Source: a virus (lineage: Duplodnaviria > Caudoviricetes). From it: 64,000 bases of DNA. Location of the stretch: the IMG/VR virus record IMGVR_UViG_2930578203_000001, positions 57,299 to 121,298 of that record, one strand, 5' to 3'. This document shows positions 11,601-20,017 of this stretch, piece by piece; the stretch's first letter is position 1, and every line of letters begins with the position of its first letter. The notes beneath the pieces are model-generated. The model saw nothing but the letters and a program-made list of their open reading frames with translations, ran no database searches and was not told the origin of the DNA. A program made the translations under genes and the position numbers.

Positions 11601-14600
11601 CGCTCGCAAGCGGTCGAACCTGCTCGAGGAGATCGTCGCCCGCGTCACCAACCTGGACGCGAAGCCGGAGATCGACCCCGACGAACTCGACAAGGAGCGG
11701 TACAAGAACAAGGACGACCGCGAGAAGATCGCCAAGGGGCGGCGCGAGGAACGCGAGCCGCTGCAGGCCGCCGTCGACGAGGCCGTCGCGAACCTGCACC
11801 GCTGGGACGAGGAGAACCCGGCACCGGAGCAGGACGACACGGTCCGCCTCTCCGAGGACGAGGTGCGCGAAGCCCTCGCCCGCCTCAGCCCGGAGCCCAG
11901 CACCACCCCGCAGCCGGACGCCCCGGAGACCAGCGACCGCAGTTCCGAGGACGCCGACACCGACGTCGACGAGCCGAACACCGCCGAGACGGAGACACCT
12001 GAGACCACCGGCGGGGGCAGCAGCGACGAGCCGCCGGCCGACACGCCAGCCGCGGACGACACCGGCGCCCAGAACGACGGCCAGGACCAGGACGACGTCG
12101 TTCGCCTCTCCCAGGACGAGGTGAACGACACCCTCGCCAGCATCCAGCCGGACGCCGACACGACCGCCACCGACGAGCCGGACGAGCCCCTGCGGTACGC
12201 GTGGGACAAGCCCGAGGACTTCGTCACCCTGACCATGCCGGCCGCACTCGCCGACTTCCTCAACGTCGACGAGACCGCCGCCATGGAGGACCCCGACACC
12301 CGGAAGGCCCTCAAGGAAGCCACGCCAGGCCGCCGCGGCACACTCCAGGTGACCGGCCCGATCGAGGTACACCGCGCCCTCCTCCAGTGGGCATGGACGC
12401 TCGAGGGCGGCGAAGGCCTTGAGTCCGACCCCAGCGAAGTCCGGGCCTACAAGGCGTACGCCAAGCGCATCGACGAGGCAGACGCCGACCTGCAGCGCCG
12501 TCGCGCCGAGCGGGAGGCCGCGGCCGCCGCGGACACCGATGAGAACGACAGCCCGGACGCCGACAGCACGAACGACGGCGGCAGCGACGAGCCGCCGACC
12601 GATGCCCCCAGCACGGCTGAGCCGGACGGCGAGGACGACCAGGACCAGAGCACCGACGAAGACACGGAGGCCAGCGACACTGTCACCCTGACTCCGGACG
12701 AGGTGTCCGACCAGCTCGACGCTGTACGCCCGGAGGGGTCCAAGGCTCCGTCCTCGATGGACGATGGCGAGATCCGCGACGAGATCGTCGACCTGATGGG
12801 CCGGGAGATGGCGGATGAGCTGTCCGGCGCGGACCACACCCGCCTGCAGGTCCTGCTAGCGGAGGAGGCCCGCCGTGCCGGCCGGGCCCCGAAGCAGGAG
12901 CCCAAGCCGAAGAGGACGACCGAGGAGCCCGGCGGACTCTTCGACGTCGACCAGCCCACCACCCAGCAGCCGAGCAGCGCCGCCGACGTCGACAACCCCG
13001 AGGACCAGCCCGACGACCTCTTCGGCACGCCGGACATGATCGCCGACGCCGAAGGCCGCAGCACCGAGGGCCTGCGCCCGGCGCGCATGCGCAACGCCGC
13101 CGACCTGAAGCAGGGTGACCGGTACACCGACGCAGACGGCCGCACGCACACCGTGTCCGAGCCGCCGGTCAAGACGCCTCGCGGCCGGACCCGCATCGTC
13201 ACCGACGACGGCGAGGAGCGCTTCTACAACGCCGACGCCCAGGTGCGCCTGCGCGACCCCGACGAGGAGATCCCCGAGAACGAGACCGACGAGCGGTCCG
13301 CCGACGACGATGCCGACAACACCCCGGATGTCGACGAACCGGAGACCTCCGAGCCGGACGTCGACGAACCGGAAGCCACCTCCGACAGCAGCAGCACCAA
13401 GGACCGCGCCGACCGCATGACCGGCCTCATCGACCAGGCCACCGACGGGGCAGGCGGTGACGAGCTGCCCGAGGTCAGCGAGGTCCGTGATGCGTTGGGC
13501 AGGGCCGAGGACTCCGACGACCCGGACGCCGAGCTCCGTTCCGCCGCCGACCGGCTCGACGACCTCGCCGAGATGTACGAGCTGGGAGGCCCCGAGGGAG
13601 AACGCGCCGCAGACCTGTTCCGGCAGGCCGCCCGCATCGCGAGGGGTGAGGACGAGGACGATCGCCGCGGCGACGACAACGACCGCAACGAGGACGACAG
13701 CGAAGCCCCCGACGCTACGAACCAGGACTCCGAAGAGGACCAGGACGACGACGAGGAACGCCAGCAGCGTCGGAACGGGGACGCGGACAGCGACGCCGCC
13801 GACCCGGACGGCGCCCCCGACGGAGGCGGCGCCGGTACCCCGGACACTCCTGCCGACAACGAGGACGAGGCCGGCAACCCCGACGATGCGCCCGACAACT
13901 CCGACGACGAGCAGGACGAGCCGGAGGCCGAGAAAGACGACGAGCAGGACGACCGCAACCGGCGTCGTCGCCGGCGTCGCCGCAACGGCGGTGGCGGCAG
14001 CGGCGGTCCCGGTGGCCCCGGCGGGCCCGGCCTGCCGCACCTGAACCTGCCCGACCTCAACACGCCGGACGCCGGAGGCGCCGACGGCAATGGGGACGGC
14101 GAAGACGGCCGCGGCACGCGCGACCGCGGGCGGACCCCTATGCGGCACCGCGACGTCGATTCGCTGCGCCGCGCCTGGAAGAACGGCGATGGGCTCACCC
14201 CTGCCGAGGAAACTCCGCAGCGGCGCGAGGCCCTGTCACAGGCGGCCGACCGGGACGGCTTGGCTCTGTCCCCGGGTGGGGGCCTGGTGACGTGGCCCGA
14301 ACAGCAGGAAGACGGCACCACCTTGTGGCGCTTCGCCCAGGCCCGCAACGGCGCCAACCTGACCGGATTGACCCTGACGACCGAAGACCCCGAAGAGGCC
14401 CGCGCGCTCGCAGGCCGCTTCGAGGAGATCACCGGTCGCGACGGGCAGCCCTTCGACTGGCAGCAGGCGTGGGGCCCGAGCACCGTGGGGCAGTGGCGCG
14501 ACGGGGAGGGCCGCAACCTGCAGCGGGCACTCCAGGCCGTCCTCGACGACTTCGAGCAGCAGCGGGCCGCCGCCGCCCAGCCGGAGCCGGCGCCGGAACG

Positions 14601-17600
14601 GAGGGCGCTGCCGGGCGACCTCACCGGCCTGGAAGACGACGAGCTGGTCGACGCGTGGAGCAACGACCTCAGCGACGAGGACCAGAAGCGCCTTATGGCG
14701 GAGATGGACCGCCGCGACGGCTACACCGACCAGCGCGTTCGTGACGTGCTGCCGGACACCCCGCCGGCCGACGCCGAAGAGGCCGAGCGCCGCGCGAAGG
14801 CCGTCGACGAGGCCCTCGGCTTTGGGGGCGCCGACGTCCCGCGCGTGCGCCGAACCCGTGAGGACATCATCCGTGCGGAGTTCGCCGACTTCGACGAAGC
14901 CCGCTACCAGGCCGCCATCGACGCCACGAACGGCTACTTCTACGCCCGGAAGTACAAGTACGGCAGCGGCATCAACGAACGAGACTTGTTCTCCGGTGGT
15001 GCACTCGCGAAGCTCAACCTCTGGGAGAAGTACGCCAGCGAGGAACTGAAGGACTGGTACAAGGCCAACGGCGGTCGCATCACGTACAACCAGTTCCGGC
15101 AGACCTACCGGGACAACGACCGCCAGGACCGGCAGCAGTTCGAGGAGGAGCAGCGCCGCCAGGCGGAAGCCGGGCAGACCGAGGAGCCCACCACCCCGGA
15201 GACCGAGCCGTACGACCCGGCCACGCCGCGCTTCGCGGACGAGGCGACCCTTCGGGACCACATCCGCAGCGGGCAGCTCGACGAGGTGCCCGAGGAGCAG
15301 CGTGGAGACGTGCCCTCAGCCGAGGAACGCGCGGAGATCGCCGATGCCGAGAGCACCCAGCTCTCCGACGGCGGCCGACTCCTCATCTACGGCAACGAGG
15401 CCGGTCGCGCCGGCAGTCGCAGCGGGCAGCGGTTCGACGTGGCCCTTCCGGGCAGCATGCAGCCCCTGTTCCGAAGCGGCTTCCACAGCGCCGCGGAAGC
15501 CCGCCGCTACGCCAGCGTCCTCGACGGCATCAAGGACACGGACGGCAACGCGTTCCCGTGGGATGCCCCCGACGTCGCCGACCGCGCCCGCGCGTTCCGG
15601 ACCGCCGACGGCAACCGCCTGTTCGACGAGATCACGGAACGCCTGTACGGCTTCAACGACCTCTACGAGCCGTGGAACAGCGACCGCGGCCAGGCATTGC
15701 ACCACCGGACGTGGAGCCAGCAGGAAGCCGACTGGAACACCCGCGAGGAGGAAGCCGGTTACTCGATCCCCATCGACCTGACGGACATCCGTCCCGGTGA
15801 CGAGATCAGCTTCCCCGTGGCCACGAGCCGCGGACAGAACACGCGGCCGCAGGACGAGTACGTGGGAACCGTGCACGCCACGGTGAGCGGCGAGGGAGAG
15901 CCCTTCCAGTACCGCTCGCAGTTCTCCGCCTTCGGGAACCAGCAGCTCTACCGGTTCCCGGCCGAAGGCTCCTGGATCAACCAGTACGGGGAGCACACCG
16001 AGATCGACGAGGCGTTCCCGAACCTGGGTGTCGTCCGCCGCCGCCCGCGGCCCGACGAGGTGTCCAGCACGGCTGACGACCGCGACGACCGTTCGTCCCG
16101 CGCGGACACCCCGCAGGCGGAGACGCCGGGCACCGCGACGCCCCCCGCGCGCCAGCAGCCCGCCCCGGACCGCGCTCCTGCAGAGCCGGAGCCCGCCGCG
16201 CCCTCGGCGCCGGCCGACCAACCGCAAGGTGAACCCGATCCCGTGGGCGGTCAGCCCGCACACTGGGCGCGCGTCCGCGACCTGGTGCAGGGCGACATGG
16301 TCCGTATGGAGGGCCGCACCAGTAACGGCCGCGCCATCACGCGGTCCGGCTACGTCTTCACCGGGCCCGTCGACGTGGAGGTCACCCGCAACGGCCGCAC
16401 GGAGCGGATGCTGCGCACGTACGTCACGGAGAACCCGGACGGCACCGGGAAGCGTGGCAACGTCTTCACGCCGCTGAACGCCACCGCGGCGCGGGCCGAG
16501 ACGCCCGACGACGTGGTGCCCGGGTCGCCGACCAGCGGCGCTCAGAGCGCCGTTCAGGCGGGCAGCCTCCCCGACCTGGTCCCCGCGGACCGGAACGGCC
16601 GGGGCTTGTTCCCGGGCAGCACCGTCACCGGCGTTGACGGGCTGCGTACCCGTGAGGGCACCGTCACGGGCGCCACCAGCACCACGGTGTCGGTGCGCTG
16701 GGACAACGACGACACCGCCGACGGACTCTCTCCGAACACCCTCACCGTGACCGGTGGCGACCGCCCCGACGGCTGGACCTCATCCGGGCAGCGCGTGACC
16801 CCGCGGCACATCGTGACCGACACCGAGGGCGCTCTCCTCGGACCGGTCGACGAGGTCAACGGCGACCGCGTCACCATCACCACCGCCGAAAGCACCATCA
16901 CACGGAGCGCCGGAGACCTCCGCGTCGCCGGCGAAGTACGCGACGACGCCCCGGGCACCGACCCCGTCACCGGCATCGACGACCCGGCGGCCGCGGACCT
17001 CAAGGAGGACGACGTCCTGGTCCTGGACCTCGACGGCACGCCCACCACCGTGGCGGTCACCGGTATCCACCGCGAAGGCGACCGCGTCACCATCGACTTC
17101 GCCGACACCACCACAGGCGAGATCGGCCAGATCGACGTGGACGCCTCCCAGGTCATCCCCCGGGCCCAGGGCGCCGACGACACTCCGCCCGACCTCGGGC
17201 CGGACGACGCCCCGGACGCCCCGGACGACCTGACCGTGCACGAGCCGCCGCACCGCGTCGAACCCGTCACCGGCCCGACCGTCGACCCCGACCTAACGAT
17301 GGGCGACCGAGACGTCATCGGTGACCTCGCCGACGGCCCGGACGACGACCCCGACGCCCAGCAGGCCGCCGTACGCATCACGGCCGACCTGCCCGTCCCC
17401 CCGGAACAGGCCGCCGCACTCGCCGCGCAACTCCGCGATTCCGCCGACCCCTCGACCCCGGAGGGCCGCGCCGCCCTGCGCGCCGCCAACCACCTGGACC
17501 GGGCCATCGGCCGGACCCCTCCGCCCGAGCTCAACCGGCCGCGGCCGTCGAACGCCGCACAGGTCGCGGAAGACGACACGATCGCCATACCCGACAACCA

Positions 17601-19737
17601 GGGCAACGGCGTACGCGTCTACCGCGTCCGGGGTGTCGAGGACGGCCCCGGCGGTACCCGCAGCCTCTTCCTGGAAGGCGAGGACGGCCGTACACGCCGC
17701 CGCGTCGTCCACGGAGCGATGCCGCTGTGGCAGCTCAGTGAGCCCCAGTCGGACGGCGAGAACGGATCAGACGACACTGCCCTTGTACCGGGCGCCCCGA
17801 CTGCGCCGACCCCGAGCCTGCCGCCCGCCGGTGCTCCGCGGGACCCCAACCCGTCTCCGCAGTCCGACGCCGACCGCATCGTCGCCGACCACCCCCGCGC
17901 GGTCGCCGCACGGATCATCGACGCGGCGATTGCGGGCACCGAACCGCCCGGCGACATCCACGCGCTTCGTGAGCAGATCGCCCAGCGCCTCACCGCCGAG
18001 GCCCTGCGCGATGCACGTCAGGCCGCTCGCGACGACGCCGTGGCCGCGTTGGACGCCGCGGGTATCACCGGCCGCGACCGTTCCGCAGCGCTGCAGGCCC
18101 TCAAGCGGGCACGGCAGAAGGCGCACACCGCGACGGTGCGCGCCGCCCTGCGCACCATCAACGACCTGGAGCCGCTGCCTGACGAGACCGACGAGGACCT
18201 CGCCGCGCGAGCCCGCGACCTCCTCAGCCTCATTCCCGATCAGATGGGAGGCGCCCCCAACGGGCCCGACAACGGCGGCGATGCAGACGTCGCCCGCACC
18301 GTCGCCGGGCACGTCGACGACGCCGTGAATGCGATCATGCAGCAGCTCCAGGCCGCGGGCGTGGACCCGGGCGACGCCGACCGCATCGCCCGCGTCCTCG
18401 CTCAGCAGATGAACGGCTCCCGACAGGCCACCGCCCGGCAGATCGCCCGCCGAGTCACGGCCGTGTCCCCGCAGGCCGGCCGCCAGCCGGGTCTGCTCGC
18501 CCGGATCGTGGCCGCGCTTGTCCGTCTCGCCAAGCGCCTCGCGGAACTTGTGCGGGCCGCAGCCCGGAAGATCGCCGAGAAGTACCGCAGTGCCCGCGAG
18601 CGCCTGCGTCGCCTGCGCGCCTTCCTCGGCCGCCTCGTCCGCCGCGTACGGGAGTGGCCGGAGTCCCGGCGCCTGGCCCGCCTGCACCTCGCCCTCGACC
18701 TGCCCGAAGCCGACGGTGAGTCCCTGGCCGCCCGGATCTCCCACTGGGCCGGCCTGATGCCGGAGGCCGGTCGCTTCGGCCAGGCTCAGCGCCGTGTCAC
18801 GTGGTGGAGGCCCACGACGTGGGCGCAGCTTGCCGCCGGGCGGTTCCCGGGCCGAAGCGACCGCACTCAGTGGGCGCCGGACCAGGCCGCGGATGGTGGC
18901 CCTGGCCTGACCGCGCTCCGCCATCTGGCAGCACTGAGGGCGGCCGGCGGCGACGTCGACCAGGACGTGACGCGCCGTCTGGCCGACGCTCTCGGCGACG
19001 ACTTCGGCGGCGACCCTCACGGCACGCTGCAGCGCGCGGACGACTACGTGGCGCTCACCGAACGCCGCCTGGTCAACCTCCAGGCGGCTCGGACGGGCGG
19101 CACCCTGCCGGATGACCCCGACCTCGAGGTCGAGATCACTGCGGCTCGGGCCGAAGCCGCGGCCGCGCGCCGAGAGTGGGCGGACCTTCGGGCCCAGTAC
19201 GCCGCGGCGGTCCCGGACGCGGTCGCGGCGACCCTCGCCGAGATCCGCAACATGGGCCCCGAGGGGAGCGCCAGCATCGTGTTCGGCCCGGACTCCACGC
19301 CGGACGCCGAGCGGGCCGTACGGGGCGTGCAGCGCCTCGTGCCTCGGGCGTGGCTCAACACCCCTGCCGCGCGCCGCGTGACGGCCGTGGACGGCGACGA
19401 GGGGCGGTACGAGCCCAACGAGCAGAGGATCACCGTCGCTGATCTCGCCGACGACGGGCTTGGCACGGCCGGGCACGCCTTGGCGCAGCACCTTGCCGAG
19501 CACCTGGGAGACCTGGACGCCGCCCAGCGCGCGTTCTGGTTCAACCAGACCCACACCGGCCGGCCTGGCGCCCGTCGCATGCGGCGCAGCACTCTCAGCC
19601 GCATCTTGCATCGCCAGCAGACGCAACCGGACACCGGTGACACCCTCGCTCGGTCCGTTCAGTCGATGTTCAACGGCGACTGGTACCTGGATGACGACCT
19701 TCGGGCGTTCCTCCTGGGCCTGCTCGCCACCCGATGA
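2698..19737 (+). CDS. Giant polyvalent protein: DarB-like N6-adenine methyltransferase, SNF2/SF2 helicase, repeated unknown domains, degenerate zincin-like C-terminus
   Basis: Uninterrupted ~5,680-codon ORF; MTase motifs HYTP, LEAGSGAGTF, IGNVPF (~6760-7800); helicase motifs HEVGLGKT, VVDEAH, ATGTPLSN, EQRNGRILR (~9160-10850); N-terminal HPRDSKGRF. Confidence 0.9.
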   Translation: MLNRPNAQAESQDLSRDLEVKVTRRPWNPALHPRDSKGRFIETGGVVRTWGGKLARVIRALPHDRILVQDQTGPDEFRGRRHTTSAKWVSMVARPDGSAPTDDEEKVAEEDERRTQDPRRGNGVARDDDGDPNTPNDPHDQDDKGRPIGEDDGDGPDDDDDQDEPEDGAHPVNVDALPNQQHAAGARYADTAAVRRHFMQVAAQPGTSTDMATFLRSVAHDDDLRTTSSGRLVILLDDRPEHAGRWNLTATGSGQRVDAAGTFATAEDTARFAEHLDKTAVNGQLTKFQQPFDFSDPQLDREARDWRSTRGENIQGAIQRARKEFDGTDTAPASPKPAQAPSAAAADGRRFTTLQDVRAHWTDMRTRLSQGGPETQNAVRILDTLINDDRLKLVGRGQLVTRRDENGDWLLVATGSGYTLRGQTLHPRFESQEEAQRFGRFLVASGIKGENGEPLDMSRGAISRWRSEDNQSFSEVVDEALAKWQRERGGDAPAGQNAPAPDAPQAHDETGAPAQPEAEPAPAPAVPEGAKPVDGVDGYHYVNDGGSITLYGPDGQVAATSERGYPPKAKIDGVTVPVPQYPKQGAAVMARLHRGAQNPDQRDRITAAWVMKPGKDGKPAKRVMVFRGTIKGDERDYDAVGSTRAIKWAPSLRAYSTQSNMTEATRDERISEVLSKLARQGRNIHVTDETAAGSPDAPANAVDETEALRKAIANADDPRLSQLKYERWASLNRTRSEANRKRLNSEIAMIDDELKRRRIERDEAAARDVSSLSDDDIANRIRESQEERGTYGARKGQDANDVERAIYSERRRRSQALVDDDTDLTTAAEDDLAKARETIAERVRMHQAAGDDPEAERTMRQALQNRHDAIVGEQQSRHAQKIADRPPVADLTDEELSQEYNDLLRRDFRKAPPEAQQVLEGRMEDVKRERRDREKRAITDRDAPENLSDEDLKAEYTELRRTRSSYTGTDDVKAARKERMAALEAEQNRRSSTPEVEQLVARVDNPDDNGMISIGGGSDYGYVDYRDQTHGHTTREIGWTWGKHSWGHADTAYPSRAAALAAMVQAYDNDPDTRGERTWGRKRPVFVPKMFVELYQNERLRDRLAGASEERQYLYSLFRDRYGWDDGVNPLVPSNKKGHHIKGRKLWVPEGLLAELNRVTEELSRDMSVRAADRDADSSDRQKAKTRLASINVALHGIEAQRESVRKNGGDDDRKVISREEIEAQQAALRAALGGDDDEHVQSDGPGSLADVPAQGVGGDDRSGGVRRDEGQGDRDSDSQGRGGAGEDRSGADGVRGAGRPAQADQGGRNSDGPGGSSAGAGARGGEGAGADADGAAPAGDQGPDVRRVARFRPNPADAPKGARARATANVEAIRVLKKLEAENRPATDEERRILARWSGWGSVPILFANEPNEKEPRYQQGGTRYGKFAKDHERWSEYSDIRSELQRVLTPVEFRQASRGVLSMHYTPQPIAEAMWEGLRAFGFDRGDVLEAGSGAGTFFGVAPDGARLTGVELDPTTARIAQAIYPHANVLNESFAETDAQPGTFDAAIGNVPFARVPFDDKRYPAESLHNGFVTKEIALVRPGGITAVITSRQTLDSKGDKARRQMAKYGDLVGAVRLPSGVFTDAGTGVTTDVLVFRRREDGTEPADTSWLDAPERDINGTAHHINAYFDEHPEHILGTLTMQSGPYGPEVTVKGDPAKAAEQLRAALDDIATKAKADGRGYEPHPDGDNRPPVQLQTAREKHANDWTGRLYEGDDGQFYQHVNGAEPVLLEPADGNTAQLRGLMQLRDVAAELRELDRKNDEEERAEALRAQLRDLHAAYVAEYGPLSKPGQHRTQGGRPTAWGYFRADPDAAAVLALERWDANKGEPVLSRVFTERAAARRQPLSSTNDPKAALAAVVAAKGEVDLGEIARLLDVTPQEAVKRLGNEVFTDPETGRLELASAYLSGAVRDKLDAARKAAERDPAYAVNVAALEAVQPPDRTIGQFTPEMGAHWTPPELLQGFLREYLGDRTLRVAHDDRYGWILNTGRVPEANNVMYGVPAVEPDPDNGIKGNKGKNAVEIARAILGFGSLTVYEDDKRKEVDEATSRLIRQKADQMRAEFAKYATANADRLSVLTDSYNRIMNGHIVRSYEGMSPTLEGFTPDRNPHPWQRSGAARMQFERGVILAHEVGLGKTSTLVMGTQALKASGQIEKPMAVVPNHLARQWYNEARCLYPNADIHLITSADLAGDRRGSTLEWLRANRPDLVIFTEEAFGSIKMSPEAQDEYEFRELEALREQLDRQYEDADNPNHPFIVAKIEQRIATVSKNINKNAAPMRRPGETYWDDLGFDYFVVDEAHRYKGVGFRSKEGGGDKASIRGVDLHQKTSDLHRRRQGRATITLATGTPLSNSISEQFTMLMFAAPWVLDAYKAGAPDLWANTFGRKTLRIENAPDGSGLRVVERFSEFHNKRAMKTMWGLVADTKRGDDVGIPRPKLRGGKPNLIMVDATPDQKKRLKGLVARGRAIHNGEVDRHQDNMLAVSNEGTSVALDPRLIDAKALAGNKLKAVADRHIERYHQHKDRLYPVALDSLVNHPVPGALQMIFLNEGVPGGKNKGNFDAYAELKRLMVAGGIPADKIAFVQDAKKSGKPEDMTELFRKAREGEIAVLIGSSAVAGTGMNAQDRMISLSHVDLDWGAAQMEQRNGRILRYGNLNPEVEIDIYATKGSMDGWKAGFVAAKAEGLIDIQRPEPEDGDSSDVVQEIDGAEFDYETMEAEIGGNPFMSQLMKAKRRLKDLEIDQHNEAAERIRRAEALDALRQESQATRDGIHRREQALPRIQEADDRFRMTIGGSPYGERSDAGKALHRQITSRLLEHNREGLSDWHILGQFRGLDFGVRTEKTADGKLVAHVGFPDLRQSDFERTVEDLQKKGAGSGMITRLGNALDKAPALQESDRAKVPELDEQIALLQSAHAAADLTPQIDHARKRSNLLEEIVARVTNLDAKPEIDPDELDKERYKNKDDREKIAKGRREEREPLQAAVDEAVANLHRWDEENPAPEQDDTVRLSEDEVREALARLSPEPSTTPQPDAPETSDRSSEDADTDVDEPNTAETETPETTGGGSSDEPPADTPAADDTGAQNDGQDQDDVVRLSQDEVNDTLASIQPDADTTATDEPDEPLRYAWDKPEDFVTLTMPAALADFLNVDETAAMEDPDTRKALKEATPGRRGTLQVTGPIEVHRALLQWAWTLEGGEGLESDPSEVRAYKAYAKRIDEADADLQRRRAEREAAAAADTDENDSPDADSTNDGGSDEPPTDAPSTAEPDGEDDQDQSTDEDTEASDTVTLTPDEVSDQLDAVRPEGSKAPSSMDDGEIRDEIVDLMGREMADELSGADHTRLQVLLAEEARRAGRAPKQEPKPKRTTEEPGGLFDVDQPTTQQPSSAADVDNPEDQPDDLFGTPDMIADAEGRSTEGLRPARMRNAADLKQGDRYTDADGRTHTVSEPPVKTPRGRTRIVTDDGEERFYNADAQVRLRDPDEEIPENETDERSADDDADNTPDVDEPETSEPDVDEPEATSDSSSTKDRADRMTGLIDQATDGAGGDELPEVSEVRDALGRAEDSDDPDAELRSAADRLDDLAEMYELGGPEGERAADLFRQAARIARGEDEDDRRGDDNDRNEDDSEAPDATNQDSEEDQDDDEERQQRRNGDADSDAADPDGAPDGGGAGTPDTPADNEDEAGNPDDAPDNSDDEQDEPEAEKDDEQDDRNRRRRRRRRNGGGGSGGPGGPGGPGLPHLNLPDLNTPDAGGADGNGDGEDGRGTRDRGRTPMRHRDVDSLRRAWKNGDGLTPAEETPQRREALSQAADRDGLALSPGGGLVTWPEQQEDGTTLWRFAQARNGANLTGLTLTTEDPEEARALAGRFEEITGRDGQPFDWQQAWGPSTVGQWRDGEGRNLQRALQAVLDDFEQQRAAAAQPEPAPERRALPGDLTGLEDDELVDAWSNDLSDEDQKRLMAEMDRRDGYTDQRVRDVLPDTPPADAEEAERRAKAVDEALGFGGADVPRVRRTREDIIRAEFADFDEARYQAAIDATNGYFYARKYKYGSGINERDLFSGGALAKLNLWEKYASEELKDWYKANGGRITYNQFRQTYRDNDRQDRQQFEEEQRRQAEAGQTEEPTTPETEPYDPATPRFADEATLRDHIRSGQLDEVPEEQRGDVPSAEERAEIADAESTQLSDGGRLLIYGNEAGRAGSRSGQRFDVALPGSMQPLFRSGFHSAAEARRYASVLDGIKDTDGNAFPWDAPDVADRARAFRTADGNRLFDEITERLYGFNDLYEPWNSDRGQALHHRTWSQQEADWNTREEEAGYSIPIDLTDIRPGDEISFPVATSRGQNTRPQDEYVGTVHATVSGEGEPFQYRSQFSAFGNQQLYRFPAEGSWINQYGEHTEIDEAFPNLGVVRRRPRPDEVSSTADDRDDRSSRADTPQAETPGTATPPARQQPAPDRAPAEPEPAAPSAPADQPQGEPDPVGGQPAHWARVRDLVQGDMVRMEGRTSNGRAITRSGYVFTGPVDVEVTRNGRTERMLRTYVTENPDGTGKRGNVFTPLNATAARAETPDDVVPGSPTSGAQSAVQAGSLPDLVPADRNGRGLFPGSTVTGVDGLRTREGTVTGATSTTVSVRWDNDDTADGLSPNTLTVTGGDRPDGWTSSGQRVTPRHIVTDTEGALLGPVDEVNGDRVTITTAESTITRSAGDLRVAGEVRDDAPGTDPVTGIDDPAAADLKEDDVLVLDLDGTPTTVAVTGIHREGDRVTIDFADTTTGEIGQIDVDASQVIPRAQGADDTPPDLGPDDAPDAPDDLTVHEPPHRVEPVTGPTVDPDLTMGDRDVIGDLADGPDDDPDAQQAAVRITADLPVPPEQAAALAAQLRDSADPSTPEGRAALRAANHLDRAIGRTPPPELNRPRPSNAAQVAEDDTIAIPDNQGNGVRVYRVRGVEDGPGGTRSLFLEGEDGRTRRRVVHGAMPLWQLSEPQSDGENGSDDTALVPGAPTAPTPSLPPAGAPRDPNPSPQSDADRIVADHPRAVAARIIDAAIAGTEPPGDIHALREQIAQRLTAEALRDARQAARDDAVAALDAAGITGRDRSAALQALKRARQKAHTATVRAALRTINDLEPLPDETDEDLAARARDLLSLIPDQMGGAPNGPDNGGDADVARTVAGHVDDAVNAIMQQLQAAGVDPGDADRIARVLAQQMNGSRQATARQIARRVTAVSPQAGRQPGLLARIVAALVRLAKRLAELVRAAARKIAEKYRSARERLRRLRAFLGRLVRRVREWPESRRLARLHLALDLPEADGESLAARISHWAGLMPEAGRFGQAQRRVTWWRPTTWAQLAAGRFPGRSDRTQWAPDQAADGGPGLTALRHLAALRAAGGDVDQDVTRRLADALGDDFGGDPHGTLQRADDYVALTERRLVNLQAARTGGTLPDDPDLEVEITAARAEAAAARREWADLRAQYAAAVPDAVAATLAEIRNMGPEGSASIVFGPDSTPDAERAVRGVQRLVPRAWLNTPAARRVTAVDGDEGRYEPNEQRITVADLADDGLGTAGHALAQHLAEHLGDLDAAQRAFWFNQTHTGRPGARRMRRSTLSRILHRQQTQPDTGDTLARSVQSMFNGDWYLDDDLRAFLLGLLATR
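6407..6745 (+). CDS. TnpV-like small helical protein nested (+1 frame) inside the giant ORF
   Basis: GGGAGG RBS before ATG; MTNMFSPMVRDHWRTYRPKEWAAMTDPEAFVETKAREIETQI...; GC-rich third positions shift to this frame. Confidence 0.75.
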   Translation: MTNMFSPMVRDHWRTYRPKEWAAMTDPEAFVETKAREIETQILKAEEALEKTVPEPTEYEEQVGRHKQIRADATAMVLADLLPEPEPEAEKAPEQTPMEQHLQEIRDLMYDA

Positions 19738-19747
19738 GGAGGTAGCC

Positions 19748-20017
19748 GTGCCGTTCGCCGTCACCGGCGCGTTCGAAGACGGGGCGACCTACAGCGTGCA
19801 GGTCACCGGGCTGGCCGACCGCCCGGTGATCGGGTCGCACCGTGCCACCGCCCTGGTGGAGCTCCACCAGGGGAGCCCGGTCTCCCTGTCCCCGACCGGC
19901 CCCGTCCGTACAGTGGCCGGGGACGACGAAGCGACCGTGCTCGCAGTGCTGCGAGAGTTCACCAGAGTCGTAGAGGAGGGGCCCGGTGCTCCCCGGCAGA
20001 CCAGCGTTCCCGGGTGA
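19748..20017 (+). CDS. Hypothetical protein (89 aa)
   Basis: GAGGAGG RBS overlapping the giant ORF stop; GTG start; typical codon bias. Confidence 0.75.
   Translation: MPFAVTGAFEDGATYSVQVTGLADRPVIGSHRATALVELHQGSPVSLSPTGPVRTVAGDDEATVLAVLREFTRVVEEGPGAPRQTSVPG

Noticed and set aside
8710-12837. 1375-aa minus-strand ORF and many other long antisense or alternate-frame ORFs
   Set aside because: Shadow ORFs typical of high-GC coding DNA; no motifs, and they mirror real genes
13320-13380. 30-bp tandem duplication (PDVDEPE x2) in the giant gene
   Set aside because: Ordinary slippage in a disordered acidic linker
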